The position numbers were made by a program, and so were the translations under genes. From Dehalococcoidia bacterium (GTDB lineage Bacteria; Chloroflexota; Dehalococcoidia; UBA2979): a stretch of DNA of 64,000 nt. Location of the stretch: positions 800,001 to 864,000 of the forward strand of contig CAXXDN010000002.1 in assembly GCA_963667465.2 (NCBI GenBank), in the 5' to 3' direction. The notes under the pieces were generated by a model that ran no database searches, was not told the origin of the DNA, and saw nothing but the letters and a program-made list of their open reading frames with translations. Below are positions 9,401 through 16,915 of the stretch, in pieces. Position 1 is the first letter of the stretch. Every line of letters starts with the position of its first letter.

Positions 9401-10099
9401 GTGGTCCTCGGAGAGCCCTGCCGCCGCAGCGTCCACGCGCAGCTCGTAGCGCTTCCCGCGTTCCCAGCCCGGGTAGGCGGGCTGGTACAGCAGCGTGCGA
9501 TTGTCGGCCCAGACGAACGAGCCCTCGACGGGCGGGGCGATCGAAACGAGGGCGGCGCCGTCCGCCTCGGACGGCGGAACGCGGAAGGCGATCGTCGCGA
9601 CCGCGAGCCGCGGCACTTCCGTGCCGCCAGGCGAGACGGCCACCGGGCGCGGAAGCTCGTCGAGGGGCACCACAATCCTCAGGTTTCCGTAGCGGAAGCG
9701 CCCGTCGAGGCTGTGGCCATCGTCGAGTTGGAGCGGGCCCGGATCGAGCCACTCGCCGCCTGTCCGGCGGGCGCTGACGGAGACGGACATGGGATCGCCG
9801 ACGCCCTGCCAGACGCGCAGCTCGACGCCGCCGACGGTGATGTCACCGTAGCGAAGGCTACCGTCGTCGCTCTTCCCGCTCTGCGGGAGCGGAATCGTTC
9901 CGAGCGCGCCCCAGTCGCCGCCCTCGGGGCGGGCACTGACCAGGAGCGACTGCGGGTAGAGCACGTCCTGCCAGACGCGCAACTCGAGGACGGCGCTGTC
10001 GTCGCCGCTGGCGCTCGCGCTTCGCGCTCCGTCCGGGCTGCTCGTGGCCGCCAGCGCAGCCAGGAGCAGCGTGCTCAGCACGACGGCGAGTAGTCTCAC
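3401..10099 (-). CDS. Alpha-2-macroglobulin family protein with N-terminal Ig-like (Big_5) domains
   Basis: 2232 aa with a signal peptide and Big_5 repeats (FNRSV, FNQPMD, YNNPMD). MG2 motif YSDRPIYRPGETV, then AIVDKAVLAL, VRSDFQNTALW, LPDNTTTWR, PRFLRVGD, EDSLPAGLEPI and RATTPGDF. Confidence 0.95.
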   Translation of the reverse strand: MRLLAVVLSTLLLAALAATSSPDGARSASASGDDSAVLELRVWQDVLYPQSLLVSARPEGGDWGALGTIPLPQSGKSDDGSLRYGDITVGGVELRVWQGVGDPMSVSVSARRTGGEWLDPGPLQLDDGHSLDGRFRYGNLRIVVPLDELPRPVAVSPGGTEVPRLAVATIAFRVPPSEADGAALVSIAPPVEGSFVWADNRTLLYQPAYPGWERGKRYELRVDAAAAGLSEDHVHAFTVSGGLEVTYVIPGDGDREVPAEAQILVQFNRSVAALTVLQEGEAPPVLEFDPQIAGKGEWLNTSLYRFTPSTGLPPSTQYRVRIPAGLTSAADGVLQSDFEWSFATIQPAITRFKPSDGSKFVEPDGPFVVTFNQPMDRASVEAGLKLRVESGSAVASSFAWSEGDSVVTLMPDQPLALGVAYRLEAPLGLRGAAGGGIQSHRIARFTVVEPPRLIRTRPLDGESDAWRYDITLEYNNPMDFESFEGRVSISGIEPDDIVVSPYSWGRGIVSVDVRLEPATKYTVRLAAGARDRGGRAVPAYEFSFTTEAETVNPRVNPAAPGSFVTFAAADPQVLYYHALAVEEARFRLYRLADAEAEILLRSGFIDGWRSDGWEEFTPASNPIRSWSEQIDAELRDASRVYSTGLSEGEPLPRGHYFLAVDHPEAQWWYPRKLVLSVVDTAIVTKLAFDELIVWALDYETGNPLSGVTVNTAPLENPPASPYQAADTDSDGLARFAVTATSDSYSSYWRPYGNHLVRIEEDGRSGVAATWWDAGASPSQLGASSYFPSSVGHLYSDRPIYRPGETVYYKAVVRDDDDASLAVPGPGTEVTIRIRDPRWEDLLDTTSELDEFGALAGEFVLPGNAATGRYAVSVLDGHGRVVASIPFTVAEFRAPEFEVTVEAAGTDYLAADAISAEVAASFYFGGAVADAAVKWSALAWPTSIRVEGYEDYSFSEYDYYYRTPDRADPLRGEGETRTDASGSARFEVPARLEQDEGTQRFTISATVTDANGQAVGNSTAVTVHPATWYAGIKTESYIARAGEPETIHLVTVDFESRIAPNRPMTVRVVEREWVRSKERADHGGYSYRYELRETEIEVLSATTNEAGEAALTFTPPKSGSYRLVAESLDERERVARSARALWVSGPDYAPWPVRDDDIIELIADREEYEVGDVAEVLVPAPFAGATALVTIERGRVLSSEVRSFETNSEVLRIPIEDAHIPNIYVGVVLYRPPTADDPYPRYLVGNIELSVSTAPRSLDVRIEPDRTQALAGETVRYDVTVTDAEGRGVEADLAVAIVDKAVLALADEPGANGLDWFWYERGLGVRTASSLAVLVDRWNEAYREAGEGEEATGDGRAKNRSPAGPSLPPEHPDTGMSGAEDAVIAPAPVAESGADAPVRSDFQNTALWIEQLTTDEGGKASFELHLPDNTTTWRALARAVTAETQVGEGESELRVTQPLLVRPALPRFLRVGDSVTLRTLVRNGTDTAREVTVTVEAEGVTLDDDAARTMTIEPGDSAIFGWPARVLAEGAATVRFRAVTDSYGDAVEISLPVHLDVTPETTATGGVVEDVPAIEAVYLPDYVITGSGSLELSLQGSLVGALDEELDYFKPYLRWTEWPVRIASRVIASVAVERATPDGLDQTERAQLTADVRTLVGEQEYHGWWSWCGVCEQDAWVSGWVLLALGEARDTAETVPDGALSRATRAVTEYLDRTTDVERPADANQHAFLLYALVDASNEGREVSARSREQAGRVLAIFEQHRADLTNWGRAYLLLGLIGSGHERDHEAARALLNDLTANTIASANGNHWEDERIAGSMHNGSVRTTAIVLRALTEVDPSHPLLEETARWLAYARSVNRWKTDVERAQGMASLGAYAELTGETRGVYDYSVLVNTTRVLDGDFDVPAGDYLDAAAVALADLPPGEVSRVQFDREAASAGRLYYGLNLRYVTPAQAVEALNRGFAVSRRYSLLDDPGTPITSASIGDVVRVVVTVAAPADRLFARVEDSLPAGLEPIDPQLNIVAPYLRERLEADRAEALPGAAPAYSAPWYRWYWSPWDQVDLRDDRVVLLATRLPRGVHEYVYYARATTPGDFFVAPARAEESYFPDVFGRGDSSRFTVIAAEVERTAVRPRDRPETPAPTPTPTSTPTPTPTAECDPPDEVIQQRLAALRAQQAIDRQALVDQQADALQALRDEGDSAEDIAALQQSHQQALTTFDVNANFDLIIASVRRCS

Positions 10100-10349
10100 G
10101 GGTACTTCTGCACCGACACCGAGGGTGGCGCGGCCTCACCGCAGGTGTGAGCATCCCCACGAGCGAACCGGCGCCCCGTGGACGTCTCAGACAATCTATG
10201 CCTGTTCTTCTTCTTGTTGCGGCGGCGCATCACCGCCATCAGCCGCTTGACGGACGCTATTTCGTACTTCACCAACTCCGGCGCGATGTTCACCATCAGC
10301 TTGAACGGAGACCACCAATCTGCCCTTGTTGCCCTGATCTCGTTTCAGC

Positions 10350-10703
10350 CGCGCCTCGAGCAGCGAGGTGCGTCAGTTGCGTGAGCTCGGACAGCTTTGC
10401 CTGGAGCGTGCCGGTCATCGCCTTGTTCACGGGCTCCAGCTTCGTGACGCCGCCGTTTCTCAGCTTCACCCCGTACCACGGGGCCAGCGGGACATCGGCG
10501 CTCCAGTTGAGGGCGTCGGTGACCGTCCCCTCGAGGCCGGCCTGCACAGCCAACAGCAGCGTGCAGTCGGCACCCTGCGTGCAGGCCGTCTGCGCCCGCG
10601 CGCCGTCAGCGCCCGCCGGTGACGGCCAGCCAGAGGCTAACCCCGAGGCCGATCGCGAGGAGCGCACCAGGCTCAGCCAACGCTGCGTCCGCACGTTTCG
10701 CAT
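10350..10703 (-). pseudogene. Truncated secreted leucine-rich-repeat protein (LRR N-cap)
   Basis: DCTLLLAVQAGLEG..LNWSADVPLAPWYGV..VTKLE..MTGTLQAKLSELTQLTHL resembles a plant-like LRR N-cap. The hydrophobic signal core (LLAIGLGVSLWLAV) lies in another frame, and homology stops after about one repeat. Confidence 0.65.
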
Positions 10704-10764
10704 GAGCCGTCACCCTCCCGCAGGGCCAGCCCGACTCCTGGGAGACTGCTCATCGATGATACAG

Positions 10765-13257
10765 CTAGCCCCGCGGCCGCGAGGCCGCAAGCCTCTCGCG
10801 CTGGCGCTCCTCGGCGGCCCGGGCGGCGGCGTCCTCGCCGCCCTCGTCCGGCCAGCCGACGATGCCGGCCTCCCTGAAGCCGTCGATCTCGTCGGCCGAG
10901 TAGCCCAGCTCCTCGAGGATGGGACGGGTGTGCTCGCCGGGCTCGCAAGCCGGACCGATGATCGGCGGGGCGCTGTCGAGGGTGACGATCGGGCCGTGAC
11001 GCCAGTACTCCCCGAACGTCGGGTGGCTGACGTCGACGGTGAAGCCGAGCGCGCGGTTGGCGTCGTTCCCGGCGAACTCCGCGACAGTGGCGGTGTCGGC
11101 CCGGACACAGGCGACGTCGCGGGCGGCAAGATCGCGCTCCCACCTGTCGGCGCTGCGCCCGACGAACACCTCGGCGAGGGCCGCCGCAAGCGTATCGCCG
11201 TGCTCCTCGCGCGCCTCGGCGCTCGCGAAGCGCGGGTCCGTGAGCCACTCGTCGCGTCCCAGCTCCGCGCAGAGTGCGCGCCACTCCTGCTCGAACGGCG
11301 CGGCGAGGAACACCCAGGCGTCATCGCCGGTGCGGTACAGGCGATAGAGCGGCCCCTGCCCCAGCAGCTCGGAGTCCGGCTGGCGGCGCGGTGGCACGTC
11401 CGGCCCGCGGACGGCCCCGTCTGCGTTGGCATAGAGGTTCGAGGCGATCATCGTCGTGAGCTGGTACTGGCCGATGCCCAGCTCCTCGGCGACGCGCAGG
11501 CCGAGCAACAGGCTGCTGCCGAGGCCGAGCGCGGCGTTGACGTCGGGGTTGCCCTCGTTCGCGTTCTGGAGGCGCCAGGCCTTCTGCTTGAGCCCGTCCA
11601 GCGGCAGCCCGGCGTCGTCGGCGTGGAGCTCGCTCGGGGGCATCTGCTGGATCGCGCCGCCGCCGAGGGCGCCCGCGATGGGGTGCATCGCCGGCTTGAA
11701 CGAGTACGGGCCTGAGTCCCCGTAGGAGGCGCCGTAGTGGTAGACGACACGCGGATTGAGCGCCCTCGCCTGCTCGTAGCCGATGCCGAGCCGCTCGGCA
11801 ACACCGGGGCGGAAGTTGTGCATGACGACGTCGGCGCGCTCCAGCAGGCGGTGGACGATCGCCTGGCCCTCCGCTGTCTTGAGGTTGACCCCGATGCTCT
11901 CCTTGCCGGCGGTCGTCTTGTAGAACAGCAGCCGGCCCGCTGTGTAGCGACTCACCTCGCCCTCGGGCGGCTCGACCTTGATCACGCGCGCCCCGAGGTC
12001 GGCGAGCAGCGCGCTGCCGAACGGCGTGGCGAAGAAGGTCGAGAAGTCGACGACGAGGGTTCCCTCGAGGGGCGCCGCCGGCGCGGGGCCGGCTTCGCCG
12101 GGCTCGACTGCCGCCCAACTCCCGGCGTCGACGCCATTGGCCGAGCCGAGTGAGGGCGCTCCCCGGCTGGGAGTCGCGGGAGTCTCGGTTTGCCGAACGA
12201 TCGGGCCGACCTGCTCGACGCCGTCGATCTCGATGATGTGCTCGTTGTGGCGGACCTGGGGGTGGTCGAACGCGTCGGCAGCCTCGAAGAAAGGCTCGAT
12301 GGCGATGTCGCGCTCGGCGTCGAAGATCGCCTTCCACTCGGCCCAGGTCTTCTCGCGCGTGCGATCGAGCACCGCCTCCCAGACGCCCTCGCTGTCCGCG
12401 GCGTTCCTGAGTGCGGGGAGGTCGACGTAGCGTGGGTCGGAGTAGAGGTCGGTGAGCCCCATCGCGTTCAGCTGCGCCATGAAGAGGTGCGGGAGGGTGT
12501 TGGCGAACTGCAGCCAGACACCGTCCTTCGTGACCGCCGTCAGGTAGTTCGGGCGCGGGACCTGGTACTGAATCGCGCCCCAGGTGCTCAGCCGATCGGC
12601 CGCGAGCGGGTCGGCCGCGGCCGCCTGCATCGCGTACCAGCGGATCATGTCGTAGGCAGTGGTGCCCTGCAGCAGGCTGGTCTCGACGTGCGTGCCTCGC
12701 CGCGTCTGCCGCCGCACGTGCAGGGCCGCGAGGATGCCCTGCAGCGCAGCGTGGAGCGCGCCGTAGCCGGCCGACGGCACGGCGGCGAACGCCGGGCCGC
12801 CTCGCTTGGGCAGCAGGCTTGAGAACTCGAGCATGCGACCGCTCAGCGCGGAGACGATGCCCTCGTAGCCCTTGAGGTGAGCCCAGGGTCCGCGCGCGCC
12901 GAAGCCCGTGATCGAGGCGTAGACGAGCGCCGGGTTAAGCGCGCGGGCCTCCTCGTAGCCGAGGCCGAGCCGCTCCATCACGCCGGGCCGGAAGTTCTCG
13001 ACCAGCACGTCGGCCGCTGCGATCAACTCGCGTGCGGCGGCTCGCCCGTCCCCGGACTTGAGGTCCAGGACGCGGCTGCCCTTGCCGCGGTTCCAGAAGC
13101 CCCACGCGGGGTGCCCTCGGTACGGGTCAGCCGAGGGCGGCTCGATCTTGACGACCTCCGCCCCGAAGTCGGCGAGGATCGTGCTGACGAGGTTGCCGTG
13201 CATCCCCCGCGTGAAGTCGAGGACGCGCAGTCCGCTACAGGCCAGCGTCACAGTCAC
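10765..13257 (-). CDS. Family III (CaiB/BaiF) CoA-transferase, tandem two-domain fusion
   Basis: Two copies of LAD(F/L)GA.V.K(I/V)EPP, GK(G/E)S and (E/H)NFRPG. Start placed at a GTG after GGAGG; the ORF-track N-extension overlaps the upstream gene. Confidence 0.9.
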   Translation of the reverse strand: MTVTLACSGLRVLDFTRGMHGNLVSTILADFGAEVVKIEPPSADPYRGHPAWGFWNRGKGSRVLDLKSGDGRAAARELIAAADVLVENFRPGVMERLGLGYEEARALNPALVYASITGFGARGPWAHLKGYEGIVSALSGRMLEFSSLLPKRGGPAFAAVPSAGYGALHAALQGILAALHVRRQTRRGTHVETSLLQGTTAYDMIRWYAMQAAAADPLAADRLSTWGAIQYQVPRPNYLTAVTKDGVWLQFANTLPHLFMAQLNAMGLTDLYSDPRYVDLPALRNAADSEGVWEAVLDRTREKTWAEWKAIFDAERDIAIEPFFEAADAFDHPQVRHNEHIIEIDGVEQVGPIVRQTETPATPSRGAPSLGSANGVDAGSWAAVEPGEAGPAPAAPLEGTLVVDFSTFFATPFGSALLADLGARVIKVEPPEGEVSRYTAGRLLFYKTTAGKESIGVNLKTAEGQAIVHRLLERADVVMHNFRPGVAERLGIGYEQARALNPRVVYHYGASYGDSGPYSFKPAMHPIAGALGGGAIQQMPPSELHADDAGLPLDGLKQKAWRLQNANEGNPDVNAALGLGSSLLLGLRVAEELGIGQYQLTTMIASNLYANADGAVRGPDVPPRRQPDSELLGQGPLYRLYRTGDDAWVFLAAPFEQEWRALCAELGRDEWLTDPRFASAEAREEHGDTLAAALAEVFVGRSADRWERDLAARDVACVRADTATVAEFAGNDANRALGFTVDVSHPTFGEYWRHGPIVTLDSAPPIIGPACEPGEHTRPILEELGYSADEIDGFREAGIVGWPDEGGEDAAARAAEERQRERLAASRPRG

Positions 13258-13277
13258 CACCCTCCGCGCGTCTCTTG

Positions 13278-15554
13278 TCAGCGGCAGATTACCGCGAAGG
13301 CGTAGCCGCGTCCGGTGAGGCCATCGAGGACGGTCTCGAGCGCGGCGACGGTCTGCGAGCGTTCGCCGCCCCCGTCGTGCATCAGAATGATCGCGCCGGG
13401 CCGCACGTTGGCGAGGATGTGCGAGGCGATCTGCTCCGCGCCGGGCCGCCGCCAGTCCTGCGGGTCGATCGACCAGAGCACCATCGACTTGCCGAGTTCG
13501 GCGGCGATGCGAGTGGCGTACTCGTTCGTCGCTGCGTACGGGGGCCGCAGGCACTCGATTGGGTCGACGCTCGTCCCCGCGACGGCGTGGAGGGCGGCGT
13601 CCGTGCTCGTCACCTGCGCGACGATGTCCTCGCGGTCCGCCTTGCTCAGCCAGATGTGGTCGAACGTGTGGTTCTCTGCCTCGTGCCCGGCCTCGACCAT
13701 GCGCTCGATGATCGACGGAAACCGTGAGACGTTCTGGCCGAGCACGAAGAAGGTCGCCGTCACCTCGTAGCGATCGAGCACGTCGAGCACCGCGGGCGTC
13801 CAGGTGGGGTGCGGTCCGTCGTCGAAGGTCAGGTAGGCCAGCGGCGCGCCGGCCCGGTTGTGCGCCGGCGGGTGCGCCGGGTCCACCCGGTTCGGCCGCT
13901 CCGCGACGGGCTCGGGCTGCTGCCAGGCGGCCTCGATGGCGTCCCAGGTCGAGCGGTCGACGACGCCCGTCGGTTCGAGATCGGCGCGTAGCTGGATGCG
14001 GATCACCGCCTCGCGGGTCGCGGTGTCGTAGACGTCGTAGTAGCGGCCGGGGTAGAGGAAGCCGAGCCCCGGCACGCGCGCGAGCCGCTGCTGCAGCGCG
14101 CGCACGGCGCGCCCGCGATCGCCCGAGCCGATTGTGTAGCCCTCGGCGAGGCGCTCCGCCGACGGTCCTGGTAGCAGCTCGTCGGCCGATGGCTCCCCGG
14201 GCGGCGCGCCGGGCGCGCGTTCGGCGGACTTGAGGAACGCCGCCAGCTCGTGCAGGGAGACGTCATCGGGGGAGCGTTCGATCGCCCGTGCGGCCGCCTC
14301 GCGCGCCCGCTCCAGGTCGTCCGGCGAGGCGAGCGCGAAGGCCAGGGCGCGAACCGCGTGGATCGCCGCGTGGTCCGGCCGCTGCTCGAGCGCGCGCTCG
14401 CTGTAGTCGAGGAGCGTCACGGCCAGCGTCGTGAGGTCGAGCTCGGCGGCCGTGTCGGTGATGAGCGGCCCATCGAGGGCGAACGCATCGTCCGGCGCGT
14501 GGGCACGCATCAGGTCGAGCGCCGCCTCGTACTCCCCGGCGAACACATGGGTGAGCAGCGGCTGGCCGGGCGACCCCGCGTACGCGAGCCGCGCCGCCGC
14601 CGTCTGGTTCACGAGGATCGAGAGCCAGCGCAGGCCGTCGTGGCCGGGGACCTCGCTGGCCGCGTGCACGGCGCGCGCCGCCGCCTCCCGCCAGAGATCG
14701 GCTTCCGCGAGCGCCACGACGGACGCCGCGTCTGCCCTGGCATCCGGTGGAAGGCCCGGCGGAACTGCGAGCTGCACGCGACTCAGGTCGCTGCCGTCCC
14801 AGCGGTAGATCTCCAGCGACCGCTCCTCAACGGCGCACGCGTAACAGAAGACGTAGGGGTTCGAAGAGTTCAGCACGAACTCGGGGAGCCCGTCGCCATC
14901 GAGGTCCGTGGTCGCTCCTGCGTTCGGCCGTGAGCTGATGTGCGAGAGCGCGCTGGAGAGGCGGGTGCCGTCGAAGCGGATCACGTCGAACGTTCCGGCG
15001 TGCGCCCCCGTCGGCCCGCGGATGATCACCCAGGCGCTGCCCGGCACGGCGTCGATCGTGACGAGCTCGACCTGCTCCGTGCGCTGCGGCGCCGTGTCGA
15101 TCTCGATCCGGTCAATCTCCTCGGACCAGGTTCCATCGTTGCTGAGGCGGTAGACGGCGACGATGTGGAAGAAGTCGATCGGGTCGCCGTCGTCGTTCAC
15201 GTAGAACGGCTGCGGCCCGTCGGTGACCACGGCCCAGTACGCGCCGCCCGCGTCCCGCACCCCGAGGTCCAGCGCACGCGCCGTGAGCTCGTTGTCGCCG
15301 AACTCCTCCGTGATCGCCGCGAGCAGGATCGAGGCGAGTTCGGCCGCCCGCTCGGCGAGCTCCTCGATGCCGGGTGTTGGCTGCGGCGTCGGGCTCAGTG
15401 CAGGCGTCGCGGTCGGGCTCGGCGCGCTTGCCGGCGAAGGCGCCGGTGTGGCGACGGGCACAGGTGCGCGGCCGGGGTCGTCGCCGCTCTCGCAGCCCGC
15501 GAGGATGGCGACGCCAAGCACCAGCACGGCAGCGGCGGTGAGGCGTGCATTCAT
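13278..15554 (-). CDS. Lipoprotein polysaccharide/peptidoglycan deacetylase with PG-binding domain
   Basis: Lipobox LAGC, PT linker, DLDGDGLPE loop, PG_binding_1 (GDRGRAVRALQQRL..TGVVDRSTW), and NodB motifs TFDDGP, HTFDH, RPPY, DW and LMHD. Confidence 0.88.
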   Translation of the reverse strand: MNARLTAAAVLVLGVAILAGCESGDDPGRAPVPVATPAPSPASAPSPTATPALSPTPQPTPGIEELAERAAELASILLAAITEEFGDNELTARALDLGVRDAGGAYWAVVTDGPQPFYVNDDGDPIDFFHIVAVYRLSNDGTWSEEIDRIEIDTAPQRTEQVELVTIDAVPGSAWVIIRGPTGAHAGTFDVIRFDGTRLSSALSHISSRPNAGATTDLDGDGLPEFVLNSSNPYVFCYACAVEERSLEIYRWDGSDLSRVQLAVPPGLPPDARADAASVVALAEADLWREAAARAVHAASEVPGHDGLRWLSILVNQTAAARLAYAGSPGQPLLTHVFAGEYEAALDLMRAHAPDDAFALDGPLITDTAAELDLTTLAVTLLDYSERALEQRPDHAAIHAVRALAFALASPDDLERAREAAARAIERSPDDVSLHELAAFLKSAERAPGAPPGEPSADELLPGPSAERLAEGYTIGSGDRGRAVRALQQRLARVPGLGFLYPGRYYDVYDTATREAVIRIQLRADLEPTGVVDRSTWDAIEAAWQQPEPVAERPNRVDPAHPPAHNRAGAPLAYLTFDDGPHPTWTPAVLDVLDRYEVTATFFVLGQNVSRFPSIIERMVEAGHEAENHTFDHIWLSKADREDIVAQVTSTDAALHAVAGTSVDPIECLRPPYAATNEYATRIAAELGKSMVLWSIDPQDWRRPGAEQIASHILANVRPGAIILMHDGGGERSQTVAALETVLDGLTGRGYAFAVICR

Positions 15555-15612
15555 CTCACGAACCTATCACGCGCCGGGCCCACCAAGGCGGCCAGCCGCT
15601 ACCATCGGACGC

Positions 15613-16506
15613 ATGACGCCATCCGCACGGATCGAGGTCGAGGAGGCGCCTGCGCGCAGGCTGCTGACGCCCACTGGCGGCTACCTCTCCGCCTTCTCGC
15701 ACACCCTCAACCCGTACGCAGGTTGCGCCTTCGGCGACCGCGGTTGCGGCGTCTACTGCTACGTCGCCGAGTCGCCGATCGGGCGCTTCGCAGACCGCCC
15801 CTGGGGCCGCTGGTTACGCGTCAAGACGAACGCCGCCGCGGCGCTGCGGCGCGAGCTTGAGCGCCGGCCACGCCTCGAGGACGTGCGCATCTTCATGAGC
15901 TCGGCAACGGACCCCTACCAGCCCGCGGAGGCGCGTTACGGGATCACCCGCTCGATCCTCGAGGTCTTCTGCGAGTTCCCGGTGGGCCTGCTGCTCCTGC
16001 AAACTCGCTCCCCGCTCGTCGAGCGCGATCTCGACCTGCTCGCCGGGCTGCCCTTCGCATGGCTCTCGATGACCGTCGAGACCGACGACGACGAGGTGCG
16101 GCGCGCCCTTACGCCGACCAGCCCGGGCATCGAGCGCCGCTTCGCGGTGATGCGCCGGGCACGCTCGCTTGGCGTCGCGGTGCAGGCAGCGGTCAGCCCG
16201 GTGCTGCCGCACGACCGCGAGCGCTTCGTCGAGCTGATCGCCGGGGCCGCCGACCGTGTGGTCGTCGACACATTCACCGGCGACGGCGCGGCGGGACGGC
16301 GCACGGCGGCGCGGCCCCTCCCCGCCCGCTTCGAGGATCTCGGCTACGGCGACTGGCGCGACGAACGTGCGGCCCGGTCGCTCTACGATGACTTGCGCGA
16401 GCGCCTTGACGCCGAGCGGGTCGGCTGGTCCGTCGAGGGTTTCAACGAGCTGGCGCGGCCTGCTCTCACAGACGCAGTGCGCAGTTATGTCTCCTATGAG
16501 GACTAA
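15613..16506 (+). CDS. Radical SAM protein, spore-photoproduct-lyase-like (Rv2578c/SplB family)
   Basis: Motifs LNPYAGC...C...CY, SSATDPYQPAE and LQTRSPLVERD. TACCAT -10 box 7 nt before the ATG. Confidence 0.85.
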   Translation: MTPSARIEVEEAPARRLLTPTGGYLSAFSHTLNPYAGCAFGDRGCGVYCYVAESPIGRFADRPWGRWLRVKTNAAAALRRELERRPRLEDVRIFMSSATDPYQPAEARYGITRSILEVFCEFPVGLLLLQTRSPLVERDLDLLAGLPFAWLSMTVETDDDEVRRALTPTSPGIERRFAVMRRARSLGVAVQAAVSPVLPHDRERFVELIAGAADRVVVDTFTGDGAAGRRTAARPLPARFEDLGYGDWRDERAARSLYDDLRERLDAERVGWSVEGFNELARPALTDAVRSYVSYED

Positions 16507-16508
16507 GA

Positions 16509-16905
16509 GGCCAGGGGGCCTGTAAGCCGAATTCTGTACCGCCCTCGGTCTGAGGGCGGCGACGACCATCCATCTAGGGCGACGGTTGCCCGCCGCCTCC
16601 AGCGGCCTACCCGGGAGCGGAGCCGGACGCCCCTGCCGCGCAGAGCACGGCGCGCTCCCCTATTTGGCCTTGCTCCGGGCGGGGTTTGCCTGGCCGCCCC
16701 GTCTCCGGGACGCCGGTGCGCTCTTACCGCACCATTTCACCCTTACCGCCGGAGCCGAGGCCCGCGACGGCGGTATCTTTCTGTGGCACTTTCCGTCGGC
16801 TCGCGCCGCCCGGCCGTTAGCCGGCGCCCTGTCCGGAGGAGTTCGGACTTTCCTCCCGCGGCTCGCCCGAAGGCGCTCCACCGGCGGCCGTCCGGCCCCC
16901 TGGCC
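16509..16905 (-). ncRNA. rnpB: RNase P RNA, bacterial type A
   Basis: Minus strand has GAGGAAAGTCCG, AGTGCCACAGAAA, GGTGAAATGGTGCGGTAAGAGCGCACC, GGCAAACCCC..GGAGCAAGGCCAAATAG and ACAGAATTCGGCTTA. P1 is GGCCAGGGGGCC/GGCCCCCTGGCC; TAGGAT -10 at 16918-16913. Confidence 0.97.
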
Positions 16906-16915
16906 AGCCTCGATC

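Noticed and set aside
3548-10093. Long plus-strand ORFs (591, 398, 751 aa) opposite the A2M, and similar antisense ORFs over rnj, ftsK, uvrB and polA
   Set aside because: These are shadow frames expected from high-GC codon bias and show no recognisable motifs.
16586-16905. ORFs overlapping the rnpB region
   Set aside because: The region is fully explained by RNase P RNA.
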